Shown in pieces: positions 50,604 to 60,190 of a DNA stretch of 64,000 nt. Within the stretch, counting starts at the first letter, position 1, and each line of letters starts with the position of its first letter. The translations under genes and the position numbers were made by a program. The DNA comes from a bacterium (GTDB taxonomy: Bacteria; Actinomycetota; Acidimicrobiia; Spongiisociales; UBA5794): contig JAAETI010000304.1 in the NCBI GenBank assembly GCA_024228555.1, positions 6,229-70,228 of the forward strand, read 5' to 3'. A model generated the notes under the pieces. That model was not told the DNA's origin, searched no databases, and saw nothing but the letters and a program-made list of their open reading frames with translations.

Positions 50604-52796
50604 GTGACAACCACTTCTTCTCTTCGTTCCAAGCCTTCAGGCAGTCGACTGCTCGTGGTTTTGGCGATCCTGTTGCCGGCCGGGCTGATCCTGCTGATCA
50701 TGGCCGGTCTGGTGGCGAGCGTCAGCCCGCAGAGTAGTTTTCCGTTCTTCAACCTGGACCTGCATTGGCCATCGATTCTGATGGCGAATACCCCTACAGG
50801 TGGGGACATGGGCGCACACGTTGTACTCCCTCAGGTCCTGCGTGACGACCTGATACCTTCGGGCCGGATTCTGGGTTGGAGTAATGACTGGTACGCCGGC
50901 TACCCAGTGTTCTACTTCTACTTCCCTCTGCCCGCCGTCTTCACGGTCCTGCTGGACGTGTTCCTTCCCTACGGCGTCGCTTTCAAGCTCTCCACCATCA
51001 TCGGCCTGGTAGCTATGCCTGCCGCCGCCTACTACCTCGTGCGCTCGATCGGATTTGCCCGACCGGTTGCGGCTGTTGCTGCTGCGTTTGGCTCGATGTT
51101 CGTGTTCATGGAGAGCTTCAGCATCTTCGGAGCGAACATAAAGTCAACGCTTGCCGGCGAGTTCTCTTTCTCGTGGTCGTTTGCACTGTCGCTCGTCTAC
51201 TTGGGGATGGTGATTCGAGATTCGAGGGAGGGGAGAGGCTTCACTCCCGCAGCTGCTGCGGTATTGGCGCTGACGGCGTTCAGCCACATCGTCACCACGA
51301 TCGTTATCGTTCTTGTCTCCTTGCCGATCTTCTTGAGGCGGCGGGGCGGTACCAAAGTCGTGATGTCTTGGCTTCTCGGATTCGCCATGGTCGCTTTCTG
51401 GGCGCTTCCTGTTTTCATCAGGATTACCGGCGGTCTCACCACCGACATGGGGTGGACGCCGCTGACCGGCATCCGCGGGCCAGGCATATCGAACGTTGGC
51501 ACTCCGTTCACGAACGAGTTCATCCCGATCTTTGTGCTGGGTGTGATCGGAGCTGTGTGGTCGCTGCTGCGCAGCGAAGACGTACGTCTCCTACTCACGA
51601 TGACGATTGCCCCCTTCCTCGGCTACCTAATCATCGCCGAACAAGGCTGGACCATCCTCTACAACGCCCGCCTGCTTCCCTACTGGTTTATGGGGGTGTT
51701 CCTCTTCGCCGGCATCGCCGTGGGTCTCGGGACGACTCGATTAGCGCGATGGCTGCCCAACCGTCACGAGAACACGGTCAGCCTTGGCCTTGTCGTCGTT
51801 GCGATCACGCTGTTGGTGACGATTATCGGCGTGCACGATATCCCCGGCTGGGTCAATTGGAACTACCAGGGGTACGAGGGCAAATCGGCCTATACAGAGT
51901 TGAACGCCCTTGTCAGCGATATTGACGAACTCCCCGAGGGTCGAGTCATGTGGGAATACAACAAGGAGATTCAAGAGCAGTACGGGACACCGATGGCTCT
52001 CATGCTGATCCCGTACTGGAGTGACGACCACGAAACGATGGAGGGGGTGTTCTTCGAGTCCTCACTGACCACTCCGTTCCACTTTCTCAACCAGGCAGAA
52101 ATGAGCAGGTCGCCGTCGCAGCCGGTGCGCGGCCTGACTTACCGGACCTTCGACCTCGAGCGGGGGATCGCTCACTCGATGCTCTACAACATCGAGTACT
52201 ACGTAGCTCAGACAGAAGAGATGACCGGAGAGGCGAACCGGCTCGGCCTAGAGGCGTTGATCGAAGAGGAGGGCTACTCGATCTTTGCGCTCGAGGAAAC
52301 AAGCGCTGTCGATGTCGCCCAGTTCATGCCGATGGTCTACGAGGGTGAGGAGGAGTTCATCGAGGTTGCCCTCGCTTGGTATGACGAACTCGACACTCTC
52401 GACAATTGGATCGTTGCCGATGGGCCTGAAGAGTGGGACCGTTTCTACGAGATTCTGGGACCGTACGACCTCGGCGATCCTCTCGACACCGCGGATGCGG
52501 TGGTCAGCGACATTGTTATCGACAACCACAACATATCGTTCACGACAACGGCAGTGGGCGTGCCGCACCTGGTGAAGACGTCGTACTTCCCAAATTGGGA
52601 AGCCACCGGTGCGGAAGGTCCGTATCGAGCTGCACCCTCGCTCATGATCGTTGTACCAACCGAGGAAGAAGTTTCACTGGAGTTTGCGAGGACTTGGACC
52701 GAAAACGTAGGCATGGCACTCACCCTTGCCGCGTTCATGTTTGTGGTCTGGTGGGTGTCACGATCCCGCGCTAGTCGGCGGGGGAGAACCGCCTAG
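50604..52796 (+). CDS. GT-C-fold membrane glycosyltransferase-like (6-pyruvoyl-tetrahydropterin synthase-related membrane protein family)
   Basis: GGDMGAH, GWSNDWYAGYPVFYFYFPL, about 13 TM, extracellular domain ending SYFPNW...G..PSLM. Confidence 0.78.
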   Translation: MTTTSSLRSKPSGSRLLVVLAILLPAGLILLIMAGLVASVSPQSSFPFFNLDLHWPSILMANTPTGGDMGAHVVLPQVLRDDLIPSGRILGWSNDWYAGYPVFYFYFPLPAVFTVLLDVFLPYGVAFKLSTIIGLVAMPAAAYYLVRSIGFARPVAAVAAAFGSMFVFMESFSIFGANIKSTLAGEFSFSWSFALSLVYLGMVIRDSREGRGFTPAAAAVLALTAFSHIVTTIVIVLVSLPIFLRRRGGTKVVMSWLLGFAMVAFWALPVFIRITGGLTTDMGWTPLTGIRGPGISNVGTPFTNEFIPIFVLGVIGAVWSLLRSEDVRLLLTMTIAPFLGYLIIAEQGWTILYNARLLPYWFMGVFLFAGIAVGLGTTRLARWLPNRHENTVSLGLVVVAITLLVTIIGVHDIPGWVNWNYQGYEGKSAYTELNALVSDIDELPEGRVMWEYNKEIQEQYGTPMALMLIPYWSDDHETMEGVFFESSLTTPFHFLNQAEMSRSPSQPVRGLTYRTFDLERGIAHSMLYNIEYYVAQTEEMTGEANRLGLEALIEEEGYSIFALEETSAVDVAQFMPMVYEGEEEFIEVALAWYDELDTLDNWIVADGPEEWDRFYEILGPYDLGDPLDTADAVVSDIVIDNHNISFTTTAVGVPHLVKTSYFPNWEATGAEGPYRAAPSLMIVVPTEEEVSLEFARTWTENVGMALTLAAFMFVVWWVSRSRASRRGRTA

Positions 52797-52807
52797 CTGA
52801 GGTCCGC

Positions 52808-53374
52808 GTGCGAGCCTACATCCGATCCCTTTTCACCCGAAACGCTATCAATCAACTGATCAAGGTGAGTTTGGTCGGCGTTGTGAACACAGTCGTCTCG
52901 ATTGCGTTGTTCAACGTGTTCCTCAATCTCTTCGGCGGGACCAAGGACGCGGACGAAGGGTTCAATTGGGAGCAGTTCTGGGCTGTTGCGCTGTCGTTTC
53001 TCATCGCCACATTCGTGTCGTACTTCCTCAACAGGCGGTGGACTTTCAAGCTCGCTGAACCGGGGGACATGCGAAGGGAGACCGCCAATTTCGTTGGGAT
53101 CAACGTTGCCGCGTGGCTGGCAACACAGTTCGTTGTGAGCGGTGGCGACTGGGTATGGGGTCCCCTGAGTCGGACGCAGCAGAACGGGTTCTACCTGCTG
53201 GCATCAGCGCTGATCATCATCCCCAAGTTCGCCGGCTATCGCGACATAGTCTTTCGCAAAGCGATTTCCGCCAAGGTGGCCGCCGCCGATCTACTTCCAG
53301 CGGAAGCTTCTCACCCAGATCCGGAGGGTGTCCCAGCCCATCTCCCACAGCGTGGAGAGGGAGAGGCCGCCTGA
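52808..53374 (+). CDS. GtrA-family lipid-sugar flippase
   Basis: VGVVNTVV, SYFLNRRWTF, four TM. Confidence 0.88.
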   Translation: MRAYIRSLFTRNAINQLIKVSLVGVVNTVVSIALFNVFLNLFGGTKDADEGFNWEQFWAVALSFLIATFVSYFLNRRWTFKLAEPGDMRRETANFVGINVAAWLATQFVVSGGDWVWGPLSRTQQNGFYLLASALIIIPKFAGYRDIVFRKAISAKVAAADLLPAEASHPDPEGVPAHLPQRGEGEAA

Positions 53375-54013
53375 GGAACCGGGCGCCAGCGCCACAGGTG
53401 CTTCGGCAAGGGAACCTCCTGCCTTCCTGATACGAATCAGTAGCTCTAGATCGAATGTATAGCCGACGGTTTCGAGGGCTGGCAGCGTGCTTGCCAAGGC
53501 TGAGCGTTTGAATGCCTTCAATCCCGTTTGGGTTTCGTGGACGGGGAGACGAAACAACAATCGGTTCACCGCGGCGAATGTAAGGCTGAGCACCCTGCGT
53601 AGCGCCGGGTACCGACCGGGCGCCATTGCGGTCCGCTTGGCGCCAACCAACGCATCAACTCCCTGGTGCTCGAACTCGGCAACGAAGGCGGGGAGCTGCT
53701 CTGGCGGCAGATCGAGATCTGAATCGAGGAATACGATTGTGTCGCCGGTCGCGTGCCTGAAGCCCTCCTTGAGCGCTCCGCCCTTGCCACGGTTCGTCGC
53801 ATAGCCGACAACCGAGACGATTTCGTGGCCACTGGCGGCTTTCTCTGCAAAGCCTCGCGTGTCATCGGTGCTACCATCGTCGATAACGATGACTTCGACA
53901 TCGGTCCAGGAATCGACAACATCGACAACTCGGTCGATGTTGTCGGCGATAACGAGTTCGAGTTGGTAGGCCGGCATCAAGATGGAGACGCCAGCTTGCG
54001 GAGTGTGCGGCAT
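53291..54013 (-). CDS. GT2 polyprenol-phosphate sugar synthase-like (DPM/DPG synthase family)
   Basis: SILMPAY, IDDGSTD, NRGKGGAL, FLDSDLD, ETQTGLKAF, FDLELL. Confidence 0.87.
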   Translation of the reverse strand: MPHTPQAGVSILMPAYQLELVIADNIDRVVDVVDSWTDVEVIVIDDGSTDDTRGFAEKAASGHEIVSVVGYATNRGKGGALKEGFRHATGDTIVFLDSDLDLPPEQLPAFVAEFEHQGVDALVGAKRTAMAPGRYPALRRVLSLTFAAVNRLLFRLPVHETQTGLKAFKRSALASTLPALETVGYTFDLELLIRIRKAGGSLAEAPVALAPGSSGGLSLSTLWEMGWDTLRIWVRSFRWK

Positions 54014-54084
54014 TGTCGACCAATTGTAGGGGGGTTGACGAGCAAGTCGGTCGGCCACTCGCCCGAGACCGTACAATCCCGCCT

Positions 54085-55599
54085 ATGAGTTTCGATCAAA
54101 TCTTCAAGGCCTATGACATCAGGGGCACCGTCCCCGACCAGCTCGACGAGGAGTCGGCGGAGCGGATCGGGGCTGCATTCGCGCAATTCGCCGCAGCCGA
54201 CCGTATTGCGGTCGGTAGGGACTGCCGGGATTCGTCCCCTGGTCTGGCCGATGCCCTGATCAAGGGGATCACATCACAGGGCGTAGCCGTTGACGACTTG
54301 GGGATGATCACGACCGACATGGTGTACTTCGCTTCAGGCTCGATGGATCAGCCGGGAGTGGTCATCACCGCAAGTCACAATCCCAAGGGCTACAACGGGA
54401 TCAAGCTGTGCTTGGCCGGAGCCGCCCCTGTCGGTGTCGACAGCGGCCTTGTAGAGATTCGGGCCGGAGCGGAACAAGGGGTCGAGTCAGCCGCAGTCCC
54501 AGGGGACGTTACCGAAGTCGATGTGTTGCCGGGCTACATCGAGCACCTGATGTCGATCATCGACATCGATCAGATGAGTGAGCTACGGGTTGCCGCCGAC
54601 GGTGGCAACGGTGTGGCCGGCGTGGCGGTGCCGACGGTCTTCGATCGGATCCCTGCCCAGCTAACGGGGCTGTATCTCGAACCGGACGGCAGCTTTCCCA
54701 ATCACCACCCCGACCCATTGCGTCCGGAGAACCTTGTCGATCTCGAGGCGTTGATGACTACCGACACGCAGGACCTAGGTGTCGCCTTCGATGGTGACGC
54801 CGACCGTGCGTTCTTCATCGACGACAAACTGAGCCCGCTGCCGGGAAGCACGGTCACCGCAATCATTGCCAGCTGGTTCCTGAGCAAGAACCCAGGGGAA
54901 CGGATCGTTCACAATCTGATCTGTTCCAAGGCGGTTGCTGAAGCCGTGAGAGATGCGGGTGGGAAGCCGGTTCGCACCCGAGTTGGTCATTCCTACATAA
55001 AGCAGGTGATGAAGGAGACGGGTGCGATCTTCGGTGGCGAGCACTCCGGCCACTACTACTTCAGAGACAACTACCGCGCTGATTCGGGCATCCTGGCCAT
55101 GCTCGTTCTCCTGCAGGTTCTTGCCGAGGACGGTCGCCCCCTGTCGGAGTTGCGTCAGGAGTACGAGCCGTATGCGCAATCGGGGGAGATCAACTTCGAC
55201 GTTGCGGACAAAGACGCTGCGATTGATGTCATCGCTGGTGCGTTTCCCGGCGCAGAGTTCGACCGTCTTGACGGTCTGACGATTGATCTCGGCGACCGGT
55301 GGCTGAACGTGCGGCCATCGAACACCGAACCGGTGTTGCGCCTAAATGTCGAAGCTCCGACTGCGGGTGACGTCGACGGTGTCGTCACTCAGGTACGCTC
55401 AATCCTCGTGGAACCACAACAACAGCGACCAGGGCTCCTTCCCGAGGGTCTCTTGGAGATCATGCAATGTCCGTCGTGCGCAGGGGCGCTGGCCGAGGTT
55501 GCGGACCCGCCATCACTGCGCTGCAGCGGGTGTGGGTTGAGCTACCCGGTCGACGACGGCATTCCGGTGATGTTGATCGAAGAGGCCACTCAGACCTAA
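54085..55599 (+). CDS. manB: Phosphomannomutase/phosphoglucomutase with C-terminal Trm112-like domain fused in frame
   Basis: FKAYDIRG, TASHNP, FDGDADR, GEHSGH, RPSNTEP; tail LLEIMQCPSC..LRCSGCGLSYPVDDGIPVML. Confidence 0.9.
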   Translation: MSFDQIFKAYDIRGTVPDQLDEESAERIGAAFAQFAAADRIAVGRDCRDSSPGLADALIKGITSQGVAVDDLGMITTDMVYFASGSMDQPGVVITASHNPKGYNGIKLCLAGAAPVGVDSGLVEIRAGAEQGVESAAVPGDVTEVDVLPGYIEHLMSIIDIDQMSELRVAADGGNGVAGVAVPTVFDRIPAQLTGLYLEPDGSFPNHHPDPLRPENLVDLEALMTTDTQDLGVAFDGDADRAFFIDDKLSPLPGSTVTAIIASWFLSKNPGERIVHNLICSKAVAEAVRDAGGKPVRTRVGHSYIKQVMKETGAIFGGEHSGHYYFRDNYRADSGILAMLVLLQVLAEDGRPLSELRQEYEPYAQSGEINFDVADKDAAIDVIAGAFPGAEFDRLDGLTIDLGDRWLNVRPSNTEPVLRLNVEAPTAGDVDGVVTQVRSILVEPQQQRPGLLPEGLLEIMQCPSCAGALAEVADPPSLRCSGCGLSYPVDDGIPVMLIEEATQT

Positions 55600-55955
55600 G
55601 GCGCTGATGTGCCTTGACGGCCGTAGTCATCTTCCAGCCGGACTACGTCGTCCAGTTCGGGGGTGGACACCTCGATGAGCCGGACGTCGGTGATCGCCTC
55701 GAACCGATGCACCCGGCCGGTGTGGACTCTGGCGAATTCACCTGGCCCCATCTGGATCTGTTCAACATCACCTTCATCGTTTTCGAGGTGCAGGTTGAGA
55801 GTTCCCTCGACGACAAAGATTGACTCATCCTTCTCGTGGTGGAACTGGAGAGATAGACGAGCCCCGGCATTGACAGAGATAAGTTTGCCGACATAACGGT
55901 CGGTGTGGGTCCAGATAAGTTCGCTGCCCCAGGGCTTTTCGACAAAGCTGCTCAT
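55596..55955 (-). CDS. Cupin domain protein (type II mannose-6-phosphate isomerase-like)
   Basis: VEKPWG.E, RLSLQFH..KDE, HRF, EVSTPELDDVVRLEDDYGR. Confidence 0.85.
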   Translation of the reverse strand: MSSFVEKPWGSELIWTHTDRYVGKLISVNAGARLSLQFHHEKDESIFVVEGTLNLHLENDEGDVEQIQMGPGEFARVHTGRVHRFEAITDVRLIEVSTPELDDVVRLEDDYGRQGTSAP

Positions 55956-56029
55956 GTCCCTCCTGGCGAGACTCGATATAAAACAGGTTAGCGTTGGGGG
56001 GGTACAAGGAAGACCAGAGAGGAACCACC

Positions 56030-57277
56030 GTGGACTATGACATCGCGGATCCGTCACTTGCTGAGCTTGGCGGACGTCGCATTGAGTGGGCAGGCCGACG
56101 CATGCCAGTGCTGGCGAACATCCGAGAGCGTTTTGAGGCCGACCAGCCACTTGCCGGAATCACAATCGGAGCGTGCATGCACGTCACGACCGAGACCGCC
56201 AACCTGATGACGGTCCTCCGTGCCGGTGGTGCTGCCGTCACTCTTTGCGCCTCGAACCCTCTGTCGACCCAGGATGACGTCGCCGCTGCCCTCGTAGCCG
56301 ATGGAGTACCTGTCTATGCGGTGCGCGGTGAGGACTCAGAGACTTTCTATCGCCACATCAATGCGGTCCTGGACACCAGGCCGGACCTCGTGTTCGACGA
56401 TGGTTGTGACATGACAACCGTATTGCACGAAGAACGCGCCGACCAGCCAGTCATCGGAGGCATGGAAGAGACGACCACCGGTGTTATTCGCCTTCGGGCA
56501 ATGGAGAACGAGGGAGTGCTTCGCTTTCCCGTTGTTGCGGTCAACGACTCTGACACGAAGCATCTCTTCGACAATCGTCACGGCACGGGCCAATCTTCTT
56601 TGGACGGGATCTTGCGTTCCGCAAACGTGCTGTTTGCCGGCCGCACGGTCGTAGTTGGAGGCTATGGCGATTGTGGTCTGGGTATTGCGAACCGTGCCGA
56701 TGGGCTCGGCGCCAAGGTCATCGTTGTCGAGTCCGACCCGGTTCGGGCGCTATCTGCAGCTATGGACGGTCACCAAGTGATGACCAGCCACGACGCTGCC
56801 CCGCTTGGTGACGTGTTCATTACTGCTACAGGTGACATCCACGTATTCCGCGCTGAGCACTTCGAGGCAATGAAAGACAGCGTCATCCTCGCCAACGCCG
56901 GCCACTTCGATGTGGAGCTCGACCTCAAAGCTCTTGGTGAGATGGCCGTCGGCTACCGCGAACTCCGAGACAACCTCGGCGAATACACATTGCCCGACGG
57001 ACGTCGGATCCTGGTGGTCGCAGAAGGACGGTTGGTGAATCTTGGCGCAGCCGAGGGTCATCCCGCGGACGTAATGGACATGTCGTTTGCAGACCAGGCG
57101 TTGGCAGCTGAGTGGCTCACTGTGAATGGGGCGTCGCTGGATGCCAAGGTATATGTCCTGCCCAAGGAACTGGACGATCAGGTGGCAACCCTGAAGCTCG
57201 AGTCAATGGGGTGCGGCCTGGAGCAGTTGACCGACGAACAGGTCGCCTATCTGAACTCCTGGCAGCACGGGACGTAG
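56030..57277 (+). CDS. ahcY: Adenosylhomocysteinase
   Basis: CMHVT.ETA, SNPLSTQD, DDG.D, EETTTG, KHLFDN, NAGHFDVE, GRLVNL..A.GHP..VMDMSFA; SD gagga. Confidence 0.96.
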   Translation: MDYDIADPSLAELGGRRIEWAGRRMPVLANIRERFEADQPLAGITIGACMHVTTETANLMTVLRAGGAAVTLCASNPLSTQDDVAAALVADGVPVYAVRGEDSETFYRHINAVLDTRPDLVFDDGCDMTTVLHEERADQPVIGGMEETTTGVIRLRAMENEGVLRFPVVAVNDSDTKHLFDNRHGTGQSSLDGILRSANVLFAGRTVVVGGYGDCGLGIANRADGLGAKVIVVESDPVRALSAAMDGHQVMTSHDAAPLGDVFITATGDIHVFRAEHFEAMKDSVILANAGHFDVELDLKALGEMAVGYRELRDNLGEYTLPDGRRILVVAEGRLVNLGAAEGHPADVMDMSFADQALAAEWLTVNGASLDAKVYVLPKELDDQVATLKLESMGCGLEQLTDEQVAYLNSWQHGT

Positions 57278-57289
57278 ACCCGGCGCGGC

Positions 57290-58186
57290 CTAGCTCTGGG
57301 AAACCGACGCGATCGGGCGGGTTCGCTTGCTCATGACACGAAGGTCGACGAGCACCTCGTCGTCGTGGTTTCGGGTCTCCTGTACCTGTGACAAAATCTC
57401 GTTGATCTGCGGTGCTGAGAGCCGGTGGTTGCGCATTAGGGCTTCTCGGATCGAGACAATCGCCTGACGATTTTCGAGCATGAGGCGGACTGACTCGCGC
57501 TTCGACTCACGCAGGATCGACTCGAGGCCTTTGCGGGTTTGGGCATCGTCCAGCACCCGTTCGACGAACGTGTTTCGACTGGGTCGTGATGCGTTCAGCG
57601 AAACGAGGGATCCCGACATGCCGAAGCGGCCGACCATGTCTGCGCCGAGTGTGGTTGCGCTAGCCAAGTCTTGCTCGACGTGAGCTCCGCTCTCACCCGC
57701 AAAGATCTCCTCGGCGGACATACCGGCGAGAACGTTCACGAGTTCCGCGCGGATCATAGATTGGGTCACCGCGGGGAGGAGGGAGGAATGTCGGCTGCAC
57801 GGCTCTGACATGTCGATAGCGCTGACCCCTGCGGGATCATTGATATAGGCAGCGACGACGTGGCCGGCATGGTGTGTAGCGAGCATTTGGCGTAGGGCAG
57901 GCGTTGCCATCATTCGGGTATTGCGATCGAGTGGACGTCGCCACAACGCAAGCATCGCAATGATTGCCGATGTTGCCACGATTGTGGCGAAAGCCGTATC
58001 GCCGATTGTGGCGGCATTCTGTGTCATTACCCGGACCCACAAAGAGATGTCAATGATGATCAATGCACTCGCCAGTGCAATGAATCGAAGATGCCGTCCG
58101 CTACGCCCGTAGGCGGAGGCGATTGTTCCCGCCCGCATTGCTAGCCCCCAAAGTTGCATGCCATTCCTGATGTCATCGTACAGCAC
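57290..58186 (-). CDS. Membrane protein with FtsH/M41-like C-terminal domain, no AAA module, HEXXH degenerate
   Basis: Two TM, then HHAGH, LAGMSAEEIF, DLASAT...MVGRFGM. Confidence 0.7.
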   Translation of the reverse strand: MLYDDIRNGMQLWGLAMRAGTIASAYGRSGRHLRFIALASALIIIDISLWVRVMTQNAATIGDTAFATIVATSAIIAMLALWRRPLDRNTRMMATPALRQMLATHHAGHVVAAYINDPAGVSAIDMSEPCSRHSSLLPAVTQSMIRAELVNVLAGMSAEEIFAGESGAHVEQDLASATTLGADMVGRFGMSGSLVSLNASRPSRNTFVERVLDDAQTRKGLESILRESKRESVRLMLENRQAIVSIREALMRNHRLSAPQINEILSQVQETRNHDDEVLVDLRVMSKRTRPIASVSQS

Positions 58187-58265
58187 GGTGAGTAGTTGGT
58201 CGGCTGCATTTAGCGGTCACGCAGACGGACTAGTCCGTGTCAGTTTGTGTTGATACCTTGCCATC

Positions 58266-58829
58266 ATGCCGATTTGTCTTGTGTGTTCTGCGTGGGGTGT
58301 TGGTCCACTTTGTCTCCGCTGTCGATCTCTTCTGAAGCCTGTCGATACCCGCGTTGCCTTCGATCAGTTGCAGGTGGGCAGCGCTCTTGGTCACGAATCG
58401 GCGGCCCGTCGCCTCGTCCACCTGCTCAAGTATCAGGGTCTCAGGATGGCGGGCGAGGTGCTCGGTGCGGCGATGGTCACACTGGTGCCACCCGGCGCAA
58501 CGACTCTGGTGCCGGTACCACGGGCGGTGGTGCGCAAGATGAAGTACGGCACCGATCCTGCCTTGGTGCTGGCCGGCGTGGTTGGGGCAGCAGTCGACTT
58601 GCCGGTTGTATCCGCGCTCGCTGCTCGGCTGTGGTGGCCGGCCCACGCCGGTATGGATCGGGACTCCCGTCGATCGCCCCGCTTCCGAGTGGTGGCACCC
58701 GCCCCCGCCGGGAGTGTCTTGGTCGACGATGTGCTCACGACGGGAGCAACGCTGGCTGCGGCAGGCCAGCTTCTTGGCGTCGGACAGGCGATTACCGCGA
58801 CCCGTGCGGGTACCAGAGGTTGCGGGTAG
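58266..58829 (+). CDS. ComF-family phosphoribosyltransferase-like protein
   Basis: C..C / C..C zinc ribbon, LKY, LVPVP, VLVDDVLTTGATL. Confidence 0.88.
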   Translation: MPICLVCSAWGVGPLCLRCRSLLKPVDTRVAFDQLQVGSALGHESAARRLVHLLKYQGLRMAGEVLGAAMVTLVPPGATTLVPVPRAVVRKMKYGTDPALVLAGVVGAAVDLPVVSALAARLWWPAHAGMDRDSRRSPRFRVVAPAPAGSVLVDDVLTTGATLAAAGQLLGVGQAITATRAGTRGCG

Positions 58830-58840
58830 GATAATGACGA

Positions 58841-58938
58841 CGGGCTAGCCGAGTCAGTCCGAAGCCGGAGCAGGTGTGCAGGAGTACTCGATAGACATCC
58901 CAGGAGACCCCGATTCTCAAGGGTTCTGGGATGGCCCG
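58841..58938 (+). promoter_or_regulatory. Putative structured 5' leader of hpf/raiA
   Basis: TAGGAT -10 at 58827; closing stem cgggct/ggcccg enclosing cgagt/actcg and catcccag..gaccc/gggttctgggatg stems. Confidence 0.45.
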
Positions 58939-58991
58939 AATCTCTCATTGATCTTGAGTTGTTTGTAGTTCGCCCCTCGAAAGGAGCCAAG

Positions 58992-59543
58992 GTGGACGTA
59001 CGCGTACACGGGAAGAATATGCGAGTTGAGGAAGCTGCCAGCGGCGTCGCTCACGACAAGATCGGGCACGCCAGCCGCATCTTTGACGATGGGTCGGTTG
59101 CCGATGTCGAGTTCTCCGAGCTCAAGAATCCCCGCTCGGCTGGCGAACGGTACAAGGTCGAGATCACGTCTCACATTGCAGGTCACACCGTACGAGTGGA
59201 GTCAGTGGCACCCGATCAATTCTCCGCAGTTGATCTTTCCGCCGACAAGTTCGAGCGGCAATTGCGCCGGCTCAAGGAACGGCTCATACAGCGGTCGCGA
59301 ACTAGGGATCACAAAACTCTCAATGACCAGTCACTTGAGTCCGATGAAGAGCAGGAAGACGGACCGCTGAGCATTGTGCGAACCAAGCGCTTTGAGATGC
59401 GGCCCATGACAGCGGAGGAAGCTGGACTGCAAATGGAGATGTTGGGACACAACTTCTTCTTCTTCCTTGACGCCGAGAGTGGCAAGTACTGCGTCCTCTA
59501 CCACCGAGACGACGGCAACCTAGGACTGATCGAACCCGCATGA
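58992..59543 (+). CDS. hpf: Ribosome hibernation promoting factor (long HPF/RaiA)
   Basis: DKFERQLRRLKER; C-terminal IVRTKRF.MRPMT.EEA.LQMEMLGHNFF; SD aaggag. Confidence 0.93.
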   Translation: MDVRVHGKNMRVEEAASGVAHDKIGHASRIFDDGSVADVEFSELKNPRSAGERYKVEITSHIAGHTVRVESVAPDQFSAVDLSADKFERQLRRLKERLIQRSRTRDHKTLNDQSLESDEEQEDGPLSIVRTKRFEMRPMTAEEAGLQMEMLGHNFFFFLDAESGKYCVLYHRDDGNLGLIEPA

Positions 59544-60190
59544 CACGACTTCTCGTAGTTGACGATGTTCCCCTCTTCAGGGCAGGCATAACCGCTGCCC
59601 TCAACGAGGCGGGCTTTGACGTTGTTGGCGAAGCTGGCAACGCCGAGGATGCTGTCGCTCAGGCCGAGATCCTGCAACCGGATCTCGTCCTGCTCGACGT
59701 CCTGATGCCAGGTCTATCCGGGCTCGACGTCGTTGGCAAGATCGTCGCTGCATCGGAGGAATCGCAGGTCATCCTGCTCACCGGTAGCGAGTCGGAAGAG
59801 GACATGATCTCAGCGATCAAGTCTGGGGCGCGCGGCTACATCGTCAAAGACATGCCCTTTGCCCACCTGGTCGATCTGATCAGGGCGGTAGCTGAGGGTG
59901 GCGGTGCGTTCTCGCCCAAGATGGCAGGAAAGATGGTCGACGTCCTTCGTCAGTTGTTGCGCCACCAAGAACTCTTCAAGTCGAGGAAGCCAACGTTGAC
60001 CGGGCGGGAGATCGAGGTTCTGCAACTGGTCGCCAGAGGTATGACCAGCAGAGAAATCGGCGATCGTCTCTACATCTCCGAGAACACTGTCAAGAACCAC
60101 ATTCGCAACATCCTCGACAAGCTTGGCCTGCACTCCCGCAACGAAGCGGTTCTCTATGCGCTTCGCGAAGAGTTGATCACCCTTGACTAG
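59540..60190 (+). CDS. NarL/LuxR-family response regulator
   Basis: VVDD, DLVLLDV.MPG, GYIVK, LTGREIEVL..G.TSREIG..LYISENTVKNH. Confidence 0.94.
   Translation: MTRLLVVDDVPLFRAGITAALNEAGFDVVGEAGNAEDAVAQAEILQPDLVLLDVLMPGLSGLDVVGKIVAASEESQVILLTGSESEEDMISAIKSGARGYIVKDMPFAHLVDLIRAVAEGGGAFSPKMAGKMVDVLRQLLRHQELFKSRKPTLTGREIEVLQLVARGMTSREIGDRLYISENTVKNHIRNILDKLGLHSRNEAVLYALREELITLD

Noticed and set aside
55956-56029. SAH riboswitch upstream of ahcY
   Set aside because: The intergenic region is only about 74 nt and shows no recognisable SAH riboswitch consensus
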